Assembly (NCBI GenBank): GCA_003345555.1 | Contig: PRDJ01000080.1 | Span: forward strand, 1-25,869 | DNA length: 25,869 nt | Direction of reading: 5' to 3' | Source of the DNA: Candidatus Thorarchaeota archaeon | GTDB taxonomy: Archaea > Asgardarchaeota > Thorarchaeia > Thorarchaeales > Thorarchaeaceae | Part shown: one piece after another, positions 24,804 through 25,869 of the stretch | Position numbering within the stretch: position 1 is the first letter of the stretch | Layout: every line of letters begins with the position of its first letter | Translations under genes and position numbers: made by a program | The notes under the pieces: model-generated | Seen by the model: only the letters and a program-made list of their open reading frames with translations | Told to the model about the DNA's origin: nothing | The model's database searches: none

Positions 24804-25869
24804 TTGAGTGATGGTGCAACGAGTCAGGAAACCCTTGCTATACTGAAAACCAACCTTGGCGTTACTGATGCCGAAGCCCGGGTTTTGGTGCCAGTTCTTG
24901 CTGGCGGCAACATGACGATAGGAGCCATTGCCCTCCTGACGGGCGATAAGACACAGACCATTGAGAAGACGCTTGAAGGTCTCAAAAGAAAGGGTCTAGT
25001 GAGTCGAGTGGGTTCGGTCGTTCCAGTCTACAGAGCAATCCCGCCATACCTGATTATGGGTGAAGACCTGTCATCTGTTGCAGATCAGACACGCTCATTG
25101 GACGAGGTCTCTCGAACATCTCTTGACTCGCATGACGAGACACTAGCAGAGCTTGTTCAGACGATCAAGGACGCCGAGAGCAGAATGTCTACTGAGCTCG
25201 GACAAACACTTGATGAACGTGACTCTACTCTGATTGAGGAGGAGCGGACCAGCGCGGCGGGCGCAATTGAGTCTTCAAGTGGAATATTGACATCCTTCTG
25301 CGAAGCTGCCGAGTCTATCCTCACAAGTCACGGTGAGAGCTTAGGTGAAAGCCTAGCTAGCCAGCTTACCGATGTGCAAAGTGAGCTAGACCGGGTTCAG
25401 AGTGATATCGAGACAGACATCAAGACTGTGAACAAGGAATTTGACCAAGAGGTCCGCCGTGAGCACGATACGTCATCACAGGCGATTGGCGAATTTGGCA
25501 AGAGCGCAAAGACGATGGTGCAACAGGCGAAAGCCTCGGTCAAAGGTGCTTTGCAGAATAGTCTGAGTGGAATGCGACAAGCGACGGTTAGTCTCTCCGA
25601 CGCTATCAATTCAAGATTGTCTGAGATAGTAAACGAAGCAGCCAGTGAAATGGCAGCTTCTTCTGACGAACTGAGCCGCTCTCTCGAACAAATCATCCTT
25701 GAGCTGAATCAGACCGACGCAGAAACAAGGGCGTCGCTCAGCAGTCTTGTCTCCAACTCGAGAGAAGCGGCGAGCGGCATCGCTATGGGTGCTCGACAGA
25801 CGATTGAGAACGCGATGAAGGTGACCGAGTCGCTCAGTTTGGACATAGGAGCATGGAGTGAAGAGTCTG
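24804..25869 (+). CDS. TrmB-like N-terminal HTH protein with a long helical/coiled-coil extension, 3'-truncated (not in the supplied ORF track)
   Basis: My translation from TTG 24804 (GGAGG upstream) gives ..LGVTDAEARVLVPVLAGGNMTIGAIALLTG..TIEKTLEGLKRKGLV..YRAIPP, a TrmB HTH pattern. The frame stays open for 355 codons to the window end. Confidence 0.8.
   Translation, partial: MSDGATSQETLAILKTNLGVTDAEARVLVPVLAGGNMTIGAIALLTGDKTQTIEKTLEGLKRKGLVSRVGSVVPVYRAIPPYLIMGEDLSSVADQTRSLDEVSRTSLDSHDETLAELVQTIKDAESRMSTELGQTLDERDSTLIEEERTSAAGAIESSSGILTSFCEAAESILTSHGESLGESLASQLTDVQSELDRVQSDIETDIKTVNKEFDQEVRREHDTSSQAIGEFGKSAKTMVQQAKASVKGALQNSLSGMRQATVSLSDAINSRLSEIVNEAASEMAASSDELSRSLEQIILELNQTDAETRASLSSLVSNSREAASGIAMGARQTIENAMKVTESLSLDIGAWSEES

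Noticed and set aside
1-25869. Numerous 60-140 aa ORFs in the track that are antisense or off-frame to the called genes (e.g. 462-812, 2416-2829, 3331-3720, 9861-10199, 15259-15897, 25397-25696)
   Set aside because: They lie within well-supported genes and show no motifs, so they are shadow ORFs.
1-25869. CRISPR arrays, IS elements/transposases, integrases, rRNA
   Set aside because: No regularly spaced repeats, terminal inverted repeats, transposase or recombinase motifs, or rRNA signatures were seen.

Overview
Gene-dense archaeal chromosomal window. Markers are a proteasome alpha subunit, an archaeal-type D-aminoacyl-tRNA deacylase, GGTGA Shine-Dalgarno sites and TATA-like boxes. An Asgard/Thorarchaeia-like origin is my inference and was not verified. 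About 26 CDSs are supported, two of them truncated by the window ends. I found no rRNA, tRNA, CRISPR array or mobile element. The most notable locus is a tightly spaced minus-strand operon at 6651-9256: tusA, dsrE, iscS-like, iscU-fusion. Its IscS homologue has Asp in place of the PLP Schiff-base Lys (SSNDIYGPKG). Its IscU scaffold is fused to a degenerate thioredoxin-reductase NAD(P)H-type domain. A 12-bp direct repeat flanks the operon's TATA box. Together this suggests, by inference, an Fe-S assembly route fed by TusA/DsrE sulfur carriers rather than by cysteine desulfuration. Other oddities are a tandem beta-carbonic-anhydrase-like protein with one dead repeat, an APC-Usp/demi-Lrp/Usp module, a psmA outside its usual gene context, a permuted orphan DNA methyltransferase, structured intergenic regions and a 3' cluster of coiled-coil proteins. 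All homology calls come from motif recognition by eye; no searches were run.
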